From an uncultured Chloroflexia bacterium (lineage in GTDB: Bacteria; Chloroflexota; Limnocylindria; Limnocylindrales; CSP1-4), in the NCBI GenBank assembly GCA_963813535.1, contig CAWEZH010000002.1, positions 1,408,001 to 1,472,000 of the forward strand: a DNA stretch of 64,000 nucleotides, given 5' to 3'. Under the pieces are notes generated by a model. The model searched no databases. It saw nothing but the letters and a program-made list of their open reading frames with translations, and had not been told where the DNA came from. Position numbers and translations under genes: made by a program. Below, in pieces: positions 30,601-42,130 of the stretch. Every line of letters begins with the position of its first letter. Position 1 is the first letter of the stretch.

Positions 30601-33600
30601 GCGAGGTGAGTGCCACCGGGCTCGTCGTGCTGCGATAGACGTTGTAGCCGGCCAGGTCGGGTTCGCCGTTCGCGGTCCACGTCAACCCGACGGTCCCGTC
30701 ACCCGGTGTCGCGATGAGACCCGTCGGCGCAGCCGGCGGCGTGGTGTCGAACGAGATGTCGAACGGAGCACCGGTGACGCGTGACGAGCCGCTTCCGATG
30801 ATCGAGCCGTTGGCGAGCGGCGCGATCGAGTCGCCGACAGTCGTACCCGCGGGTTCGCTCATGCCCCAGCGGGCCATCAGGTTCGTGCCGCTCGTGGGCT
30901 CGGCGTTGATCGTCGAGCGGATCTGGGCGAGGCTTCGAGCCCCGCTCCAGACGCGTGCTCTCGTCGAGGACACCCTGGAAGCGGGCGGTGTTGCCGGGAT
31001 TGCCGTTCGACATGAGCATCACGCCCAGCCCGGCGTCTTGCGTGGTGTCCGACCGAGGCGTGAAGGCGCCTTCGACCTCGGTCACCTCGAGCTGGCCGTC
31101 CAGGTACAGCCGCCAGGTCGTGCCGTCATACGTCGCGGCCGCGTGGTGCCAGACATCGTTGGCGATCGGCGTCGTGCCCGAGACCGGGTGATTCAGCCCG
31201 GTGGCGGTGTCTTCGAAGTCGGCAGCCAGGACGTCCGTCGCGTCGTTGATGCCCAGGAGCCAGTTCGCATCGACGTTCGAGCCGTCGGACTCGGGACCGC
31301 CGTGGGTGACGAGCGGGATGAATTGCGCGATGCCGCTCGTTCCGGTGGAGTTCGCGACGCCCGCGCCAGTCCGCTTGAACCAGGTCTCGATCGTGAAGGT
31401 CGACAGGTCCAGCTTTGCCGGATCGCCGAACGTGACATAGGAGCCGCCGGTCCCGAGGTCAAGGCCGTTCGCACCCGGCGTGGGCGCCCCGTGCGTTGTC
31501 CCACTGCCCGAATCGGTGAATGTCGCTCCGGCGACCGGGAAGAACTTCCACTCGTAGCTCGTCGGATGGAGGACGAGCCGCGTGACCCCGTAGGTGTCGT
31601 CGTTGAGAGCGATGCTCGTCGGCCTCTGGGTACCGGCCGCGTGGTGTTCTGCGCCGCCCGTACCGACCGTCATGTGCCGGATGCCGAAGGCCGGGTCGAA
31701 GTTGCCGTCGGGATCGAGCGGCTGGAAGACCTCGTAGATGTGGTCGTGACCGACCAATCCGATGTCCACGCCTGCCGCGTAGAGGGTGGTCACCAGATCG
31801 GACATCGCGACCAGATTGGTCGAGCCCGAGCTGAACCGTGGCTTGTGCCACACGGCGATCACGTTCTTGGAGGCGTTCGCGGCGAGGTCGGCCACCAGCC
31901 AGTCGTGCTGGTCGGATCCTGCGGCGCACCCGCCGCCCGGGACATTGGCGCACTCGGAGTCGAGGTTCACGACGTGCCAATCCGCGTCGAGGTCGTAGCT
32001 GTAGTAGCTCGTGCCGCCGGCGTTCGCGTTCGCGCCGAAGTAGGCGAAGTAGTCGGTCAGGCTGGCCGGCGTCCGGACGCCATTGCCCCAGTCATGGTTG
32101 CCCGGGACGGGGCGCGTGCGTGCCTTGAAGGGGCCCCAGGTCGGGCTCATAGCAGGCGTCGAACTCGGCCAGCCGTGCCCGTCTGGTAGACGTTGTCGCC
32201 GGTCGTGATGATCGGCCCGTCGATGCCGGCCATGATCGCGGCGGTCTCCGTGTCGCCGGTTTCGGTGCACGTCGCGAGATCGCCGATCGCCGAGACGACC
32301 GTGCCGCTGGTTTCGGCAGCGGTGTGGAAGGTCCAGGTCGGACCGGTCGTCGTGGTGGTGCCGTCGTTGACGGTGGCGAACCACTGGTATGTCTGGCCGC
32401 CCCCGAGGCCCGTCCAAGAGAGCGTCGCGTGTGCACCGGATGCAACGGCCTGTGGCGCTCCGAGGCTGGCGTAGTTGCCACTCGCCAGCGGGCGTCCGAA
32501 GAACTGCACATTGACGGTACCGCCGTTGGGGTCCGATGCGATCACGTCGAGAGTGGGGGGCCGTGCCACGCCAGTGGCGGCGTTGGCGGGTGTGACGAGC
32601 ACCGGGGCGTTGGGCGGCGCGGGGAACGCGATGTCGAAGGGAGCCCCGGGTACCCTCGCGACCGGTGATCCAGCGATCGTGCCGTTGGATGCAGCGGCAG
32701 TAGCGGTATCTGGGACATTGATCCCGCTCGCTTCGGACATCGGCCAACGGGCGACCAAGCCGGCGGGCGCCGATGACAACTGGCTGTTGATCTCGGCACG
32801 GATCTGGGCGAGCGACCGGGCTGAGTTCCAGACGCGAACTTCATCGAGAGTGCCATGGAAACGAGCCAGGTTTCCGGCGTTGATCACGCCCGTCGAGGTG
32901 AGTGACACCCCCAGCGCCGCGTGCTGGATGGTGTCAGACCGCGGTGGAAGCGCCGCTTGCGTCGTCTCGAGCTGGCCGTTCACGTACAGCCGCCAATTCG
33001 TTCCGTCGTATGTGGCGGCTGCGTGATACCAGGTGTTCATCGCGATGACCGACGTGCCACGCACGGGTTGATTGGTACCGTCTGCCATCGTCTCGAAATC
33101 GGCCGCGATCACGTCGGTCGCGTCATCGATGCCGAGCATCCAGTTCGCGTCGACGTTCGAACCCTCGGCCTGAGGTCCGCCATGGGTCACGAGGGGCAGG
33201 AAGCTTGCGATCCCGCCGGTGCCCGTGCTCCCGGCCGTGCCGGCGCCGGTCCGCCTGAACCACGTTTCGATGGTGAACTGAGCCAGATCCAGTTCGGCTG
33301 GGTCACCAAACGCCACGTACGTAGCGTTCGTGACCGTCGCGGGTGTCGCTACCTGGCGGAGCTCCAGCCCGTTTGCCGTCGGTAGGACTGGCGGCGTAAA
33401 TCCTTCGGGCCACGTCGGTGCATTGACAAGCGTCCCTGTATGGCCCGAGTTGGAGCTATCGGCCGTGGTGGCGCCGGTGCCTTCGTTCAGATGCCACAGC
33501 CCGAGGAGGGCCGGATCGTCACCGATCTCGACATCCTTCGAGGCCTGGATCTGCCCAAGCGTTCGCGCTGCGTTCCAGACCCTGGCTTCGTCGATCTCCC

Positions 33601-34237
33601 CGTCGAAGAAGCCAGCAGCCGGGAACGACGCATTGGATCCGATCGCCGTGCCAAGGGCTGCGTGCTGGATGCTCGCCGATTGCGGCAGGAACGCGGTTCC
33701 GAGATTCAGCGTCCGGTCCAGGACGCCGTCGAGATAGATGCTCCAGGTCGAACCGCTGTACGTGGCCGCCGCGTGGTGCCAGACGTCGTTGGTGACGACC
33801 GTTGATGCGGTGACAGGGTGGTTGCCGCCGTTGACCGTGTCCTCGAAGTCGGCGACCAACACGCCGGTGGCCGAATCGATCCCAAGGAAGTAGTTGACGT
33901 TGAGGTTGGCCGGCGTATCGGCCTCCGCTCGTCCCTTGGTGAGTAGTGGGATGGCCGACGTGATGCCGCCAGCGCCCGTCCCGGTTCCAACGCCATTGCC
34001 CGTGCGCTTGAACCAGATCTCGAGCGTGAACGCGGACGCACCGAGGCCGGGCGCGGCACCGAATGTGACGTGCTGGTTGGTCCCGTTCAGGTCCAGACCG
34101 GTGCCTGCCGCCGCGCGCGCTTCCTCGATCGGCAGTGGCACGACACCGAGTGCCGGGCCCATCAGGGACGTCGCGAGCAGGACGACCTGAAGGACGGCGA
34201 GCTTGGCGGCGATATTGCGCGCGCTCGGTACCCTCAA
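21605..34237 (-). CDS. Giant secreted multidomain protein (~4,200 aa): signal peptide, 5 LamG-like domains, 2 calcineurin-like metallophosphoesterases, Fn3/PKD-like domains, 14 cadherin-like/He_PIG Ig repeats and 3 copies of a ~200 aa unknown domain; interrupted by three +1 insertions
   Basis: ORFs 32147-34237, 30699-32747 (its 3' part) and 21605-30973 join seamlessly (GDNVYQTGT/LAEFDACYE/PTWGPFKARTRPVPGNHDW; VLDE/ARVWSG) when single bases at ~32173, ~32144 and ~30959 are removed. LamG motifs FTIETWF, WYHAAATYDG, DEARVW. Phosphoesterase motifs GDN.Y/GNHD/GHDH and PDTQ/GD/GNHD/STH/NGH. Confidence 0.88.
25256..27247. repeat. Near-perfect 846-bp tandem repeat (~2.35 copies), each unit encoding three Ig-like repeats
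   Basis: TGACCGCCCAGCTGAAGG recurs at 25258, 26104 and 26950 (period 846). Shadow ORFs recur at 25431/26277/27123. Only a few substitutions separate the units. Confidence 0.93.
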
Positions 34238-34346
34238 ACCCCTCGGGCCTCCCCCGACCCCCCCGGGTCAGATGCGATCCCCTCGAGTCGCTGGCCAGTG
34301 CCGAGGGCTGGGCAGGTCGGCAGTGGCCCTGAGACGAGTTGGGCGG

Positions 34347-34376
34347 ACGGTACTAGTCCGGTAGGGTCCAGCGCAA
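34347..34376 (-). promoter_or_regulatory. Putative sigma70-type promoter of the giant gene
   Basis: Minus strand TTGCGC-N18-TACCGT, about 110 nt upstream of the TTG start. Confidence 0.45.
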
Positions 34377-34425
34377 GCCAAAAATGCGCCGATGGTGCGT
34401 TCGGGCACCGACCGTGTTCAGCCGG

Positions 34426-35184
34426 TCACGTCCCCGTGGGCACCGCTTCTTCGGGCTCCCGGACCGTGACCGTGACCGGACCGACGAATCGAGCGATGTA
34501 CTCGAGCAACAGGACGATGAAGATCAGGACGCCGGTCATCTCCAGCGCTTCCTCGATCGTCAGCACCACGATGTACAGGAGAGACGTGCCACCGAACGTC
34601 GACGCGATGTAGTCACCGATGGCATCCGAGCCGAGGACACCCGCCATGTACACGAGGCCGCCGATCGCGAACCACGTCCGCCACCTGCGCGGCAGGGCGA
34701 CGAACCATCGCCCGAACAGCGCGATGGCCACGACCAGGCCCACGATGCCGATGAGACCCAGTCCGATGAGCAGCCATGGCCCGTCGGTGGCATCGGCAAG
34801 CCGACGCAGCACCTTGGTGACCTGCGAATGGACACCGATGATCTCCTCGAGCGAGAGGAAGGCGAACCCGATGGCCAGCAGCGCCCACTGGAGCGCATAT
34901 GGTCGACCCTGGCGCCGGGCGGCAGTCGCGATGACCCCGAGCATCACGCTGACTGCGAAGAGTGCGACGGCGGCATACCACGTCGGGATGCTCGCCTCGG
35001 CGTTCACGTCAAGCCAGTGTGCGATCGTGTCGACGTACTCGTTCTCGACGATGACGAACTCGGCGACGACCTGTCCGACGAGGCTGACGACGCTGAATGT
35101 GGCGATGAGCACGACCAGCCACCTGGCCAGTCGTCGGACCGGGACGGAAAGTCGCAGCGGATCCTCGGCCCGACCCCCTGCCAC
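34426..35184 (-). CDS. Multi-pass membrane protein of unknown function
   Basis: About 6-7 TM helices with EASIPTWY, FLSLEEIIGVHS and IEEALEMTG. Probable GTG start just after the mmsA stop. Confidence 0.75.
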   Translation of the reverse strand: MAGGRAEDPLRLSVPVRRLARWLVVLIATFSVVSLVGQVVAEFVIVENEYVDTIAHWLDVNAEASIPTWYAAVALFAVSVMLGVIATAARRQGRPYALQWALLAIGFAFLSLEEIIGVHSQVTKVLRRLADATDGPWLLIGLGLIGIVGLVVAIALFGRWFVALPRRWRTWFAIGGLVYMAGVLGSDAIGDYIASTFGGTSLLYIVVLTIEEALEMTGVLIFIVLLLEYIARFVGPVTVTVREPEEAVPTGT

Positions 35185-35186
35185 CT

Positions 35187-36722
35187 CTACCGCGTCCGCG
35201 GGAATCCGAGATCGACCGTGCTCGTGCCCGGATCGGGCCAACGCGACGTCACGATCTTGGCGCGCGTGTAGAACTGGATGCCCTCGGGGCCGTACATGTG
35301 CAGGTCACCGAACAGGCTCGCCTTCCAGCCTCCGAAGCTGTAGTAGGCGACCGGCACCGGGATCGGCACGTTGATGCCGACCATCCCGGCATTCACCTCG
35401 AACTGGAACTGACGCGCCGCCCCGCCATCGCGGGTGAAGATCGCCGTCCCGTTGCCATACGGGTTCTCGTTGATGAGCGTGACCGCCTCGTCATAGGTCT
35501 TGACCCGCACGACGGTCAGCACTGGGCCGAAGATCTCGTCGCGGTACGCGTCCATCGACGTCGTGACGTTGTCGATCAGCGAGGCACCGAGGAAGAAGCC
35601 CTCGCTGTCGCCGTAGAGCGGGTGCTCACGGCCATCGGCGACGATCGTGGCTCCCTGCTCCTTCGACGAGTCGAGGTAGCCGGCCACCTTGTCGCGGTGC
35701 TGGCGCGTGACGAGCGGACCCATCTCGGCCGTCGGGTCGCTGCCGGGACCGACCTTGACGTTCGGCAGGCGCTTCGAGATCGCGTCGACCAGCGGATCGG
35801 CAACGTCTCCGACAGCGACGATCGTGGCGATCGCCATGCAGCGCTCGCCGGCCGAGCCGTACCCCGCCGAGACCGCCGCGTCGGCGGCCATGTCGACGTC
35901 CGCATCGGGCAGGACGATCATGTGGTTCTTCGCCCCACCGAGCGCCTGGACTCGCTTGCCGGCCTTCGTCCCGGTCTCGTAGATGTAGCGCGCGATCGGC
36001 GTCGAGCCGACGAAGCTGACGGCAGCGATATCGGGATGCTCGAGGATGCGGTCGACGGCGACCTTGTCGCCGTGGACGACGTTGAACACGCCGTCGGGGA
36101 CACCCGCCTCGTGAAGCAGCTCAGCGATGAAGATCGACGCCGACGGGTCCTTCTCGGAGGGCTTGAGGATGAATGTGTTCCCGCAGGCGATGGCCGTCGC
36201 GAACATCCACATCGGCACCATCGCCGGGAAGTTGAACGGCGTGATGCCGGCCACGACACCGAGCGGCTGGCGGATCTGGTAGACGTCGACGCCGGTGCTC
36301 GCCTGCTCGGTGAAGCCGCCCTTGAGGAGGTTCGGGATGCCGCAGGCGAACTCGAGGTTCTCGAGACCGCGGGCGATCTCGCCGAGGGCATCCGAGGGGA
36401 CCTTGCCATGCTCCGCGGTGAGGTGGGCGGCGAGCTCGTGACGGTTCTGGTCGACCAGGTTGCGGATCTTGAACAGGATGTCCGTCCGCTTGCTGAGCGA
36501 CGTCGAGCGCCAGCCCGGGAACGCGGCCCGTGCCGCGGCGACGGCGGCGTCGACCTCCTCGATCGACGCGAAGTCGACGTGTCGAGCCAGCGCACCGGTG
36601 GCCGGGTCGTAGACGTCGCCCTCGCGGCCGGACGTGCCCGCGACCGACTGACCGCCGATCCAGTGGCTGATCCGCCCCGGTGAGGCGGCCGTGCTGATGT
36701 CTGGTTCGGCGACTTGCGTCAT
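35187..36722 (-). CDS. mmsA: CoA-acylating (methyl)malonate-semialdehyde dehydrogenase
   Basis: GITPFNFPAMVPMWM, LKPSEKDP, FVGSTPIA, GGAKNH, GSAGERCMA, EIFGPV, GINVPIPVP..SFGGWK. Confidence 0.95.
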   Translation of the reverse strand: MTQVAEPDISTAASPGRISHWIGGQSVAGTSGREGDVYDPATGALARHVDFASIEEVDAAVAAARAAFPGWRSTSLSKRTDILFKIRNLVDQNRHELAAHLTAEHGKVPSDALGEIARGLENLEFACGIPNLLKGGFTEQASTGVDVYQIRQPLGVVAGITPFNFPAMVPMWMFATAIACGNTFILKPSEKDPSASIFIAELLHEAGVPDGVFNVVHGDKVAVDRILEHPDIAAVSFVGSTPIARYIYETGTKAGKRVQALGGAKNHMIVLPDADVDMAADAAVSAGYGSAGERCMAIATIVAVGDVADPLVDAISKRLPNVKVGPGSDPTAEMGPLVTRQHRDKVAGYLDSSKEQGATIVADGREHPLYGDSEGFFLGASLIDNVTTSMDAYRDEIFGPVLTVVRVKTYDEAVTLINENPYGNGTAIFTRDGGAARQFQFEVNAGMVGINVPIPVPVAYYSFGGWKASLFGDLHMYGPEGIQFYTRAKIVTSRWPDPGTSTVDLGFPRTR

Positions 36723-36763
36723 GGGAGGGTCCTCGTGGATGGCAGCGATCCGACCACGATACG

Positions 36764-37627
36764 TCAGAACGGGGGCCGAGTCTCGGGATCGGGCCAGGCC
36801 GTTCCTGCCGGGTCCTCAGGCTGGGTCTCCCGCCGCGGCAGCCAGACGCCGACGACGATCGCCGCGACCACGGCTGCCACGGCGATCCCCAGTGCGAGCA
36901 CGCCGCCCGCCGGGAACGGCCCCACGACCAGTGGATCGCGCCACGTCGTCGATACGGCGGCGCGGGCGATGCACCAGGCGGCGAGCGCGACCAGAAGACG
37001 GCTGCCGTCGCGCGCCTGGAACACGCCGAGCGAGCTGGCGGCGAGGACAAGCAGTGCGACAAGCGCCGTCCCGAGCGCCTCGTAGACCTGTGCCGGATGT
37101 GACGGGACCGCCGGCGCGAGTGAGACCCAGGGTCCGGGACCCAGGAAGGCGGTGGCCCACTCGCCATCGAAGACCCGACCCTGACCACTCCCGCCGAGGA
37201 CCATCGACAGCTTTCCACCGACGATCGCGACGAGCAGCGGGATCGTCGCGATGTGCGCCGCTTGCCTGACCGGCCAGCCCAGCAGCAGCGCCACGATGGC
37301 GCCGGTGACCAGGCCACCGACGACGGCCAGACCGAGCTCGAGACCACCGAACGCGGGATCGAAGAACGCCAATGGCCCATTCCGGAACGCCTCGGGCATC
37401 AGCAGCGCGTAGCCGATGCGGCCCCCGATGATCGCCCCCGGCACGGCGCCGATCACGACGTAGAGGAGGTCATCGTTACGCAGCCCGTTGCGCTTGGCCA
37501 GGATCCCGGCGGTCGCCAGACAGACGACCACCACCAGGGCGAGAGCGAGCGTCTGCCAGCGCACCGTCAGGCTCGAGCCGAGGTGGACGAGAGGGTCGAA
37601 GTCGAACGCGATGAGGGCGATCGGCAC
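36764..37627 (-). CDS. Divergent prolipoprotein diacylglyceryl transferase (Lgt)-like protein
   Basis: FDP..HLG..VRW, GAIIGGRIGY, GGL, HPAQVYEA follow Lgt topology, but the GRxGNFxNxE motif is replaced by GKLSMVLGGSGQG. Confidence 0.7.
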   Translation of the reverse strand: MPIALIAFDFDPLVHLGSSLTVRWQTLALALVVVVCLATAGILAKRNGLRNDDLLYVVIGAVPGAIIGGRIGYALLMPEAFRNGPLAFFDPAFGGLELGLAVVGGLVTGAIVALLLGWPVRQAAHIATIPLLVAIVGGKLSMVLGGSGQGRVFDGEWATAFLGPGPWVSLAPAVPSHPAQVYEALGTALVALLVLAASSLGVFQARDGSRLLVALAAWCIARAAVSTTWRDPLVVGPFPAGGVLALGIAVAAVVAAIVVGVWLPRRETQPEDPAGTAWPDPETRPPF

Positions 37628-37868
37628 GGTCGCCGCAGTGTACCCGCGCGAAAAGTGTCGGCTTGCCGACACAAGGGCTGTCGCGTACCCGCTGCCCGAG
37701 CGGTGTCGCGCGCGACAGCATCGTCGATATCGTGCCGACGAGCGCGGGGGCGCAGAGGGGTGCGATGAGGGGGAACGCTCGGAGGGGGCCTGGGGGCCTT
37801 TCCGATCAGTCCCGGCGTCCGGCCCACGGGGGACGGGCCGGACGTCGTGACGATGGCGAGGGGATGCT

Positions 37869-38675
37869 GTGCCTACACGTCCACGGGCCGTGACCGGCCT
37901 GGACATCACGCTGCTCGGTCGGGTTGCGATCCGAGCCGCGGACGGCACGGAGGTCCGTTTCGTCGGCCGCCACGTCCAGGCGCTCTTCACGCTTCTGGCG
38001 CTCACGCGCCGGCCCCGCACGCGCGAGGCCATCGCCACCGATCTTTGGCCCGAGTCGCTGGTCGCGGCGACCGGTCCGCTTCGCCAGGCCCTCTATCAGC
38101 TGCGGACGGCGCTGGTCGGTGCCGGCCTGCAGGTCGATGCCATCCTCGAGTCGGACGCCGAGACGGTCGGATTGCGACCGGAGGCCATCCGCTCGCTCGA
38201 TGTCGCGCGCTTCGAGGCCTGCACGGACGATCCGACCTGCAGCCCCGAGGAGGCGGTCAGGCTGTACGCCGGCGACCTCGCTGAGGGCCTCGGTCACGAC
38301 TGCTTCGCCGCCGAACGCGAACGGCTGGCCGACCGGTTCGAGGATGCCCTGGCGCTCGTGGCTCGCCGACGACTCGCTGCCGCGGACGAGGACGGTGCAC
38401 GGCTTGCCGCAGAGCGGCTGATCACCCGGGACCCCCTGCGTGAGGAGGCCCACGAGGTGCTCATCGCCGTCCATGGCATCAGCGGATCGCGCTCGCAGGT
38501 CGTTCGGCAGTACCGCCGACTGTGCGACCTGCTGCGTCGCGAACTGGCCGAGGCGCCGCTCCCCGAAACGGACGCGACCTACCGGGCCGCGCTGGCCCGG
38601 ACGATCGCCCGGTCGCGAGAGCGGGCCGTTGCCATCGAGCCGCCCGGGAGCACGAACCTCGCTGTGGTCCGCTAG
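37869..38675 (+). CDS. SARP/AfsR-type transcriptional activator (wHTH + BTAD)
   Basis: ITLLGRV, REAIATDLWPE, LRQALYQLR, LDVARFE, LYAGDL, DPLREEAH, YRRLCDLLRREL..PLPET. Start could be GTG 37890. Confidence 0.88.
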   Translation: MPTRPRAVTGLDITLLGRVAIRAADGTEVRFVGRHVQALFTLLALTRRPRTREAIATDLWPESLVAATGPLRQALYQLRTALVGAGLQVDAILESDAETVGLRPEAIRSLDVARFEACTDDPTCSPEEAVRLYAGDLAEGLGHDCFAAERERLADRFEDALALVARRRLAAADEDGARLAAERLITRDPLREEAHEVLIAVHGISGSRSQVVRQYRRLCDLLRRELAEAPLPETDATYRAALARTIARSRERAVAIEPPGSTNLAVVR

Positions 38676-38952
38676 ACCGCCTCAGTTCACCGGCGGCGGG
38701 ACCTCGAGGGACGGCGAGGGACGGCCGGGCTCATCGGACGGTCGGACCGGAATGGTCGGGGCGGACGACGCCCCGGGCGGCAGGCGGTAGCGGCGTGCGC
38801 TCGGGGAGGTCGAGGTGGGGTCGACCTGGCCCCGTGGTCAGTGCACGGAACGTACGCCTCGCAGAATTGCCGGGTCAAATCGGTTCCATGCGAAGCGGTG
38901 CTCGAACGGTGCGCCGCCGCACCACTGAAGACCGCTAGCGGGTTCGGATGGG

Positions 38953-41891
<2,939 letters not shown>

Positions 41892-42130
41892 TGATGGCGG
41901 ACTCCTTGGCGCGGGCGATCAACTCACGGATCGACCGGCCGCGCGTGCCGCTGGCGATGTTCCGGGTGGTGGCCCGGTGAGGCTAGCGGGAGTCGGCTTC
42001 CACAGTCGCGCATCGTCGATGCTACCACGTTGCGGTTCGGTTGCGACAAGGGGTCCAGCGAACGGGGTCGGGCCGTACCATGGGTCCCCCACCGTCAGCC
42101 GCGACCACCATGTCTCGAGGGACCGCCGCC

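Noticed and set aside
18537-35184. Genomic island or mobile element carrying the giant gene
   Set aside because: No integrase, transposase, tRNA or flanking direct repeats seen; only the separation of hydA from mmsA hints at an insertion
38682-38846. Pro/Ser-rich minus-strand reading (GQVDPTSTSP...EVPPPVN) between the SARP gene and mdh
   Set aside because: No in-frame start (a stop follows the GTG) and no recognisable motif; it could be a small gene with an indel but cannot be supported
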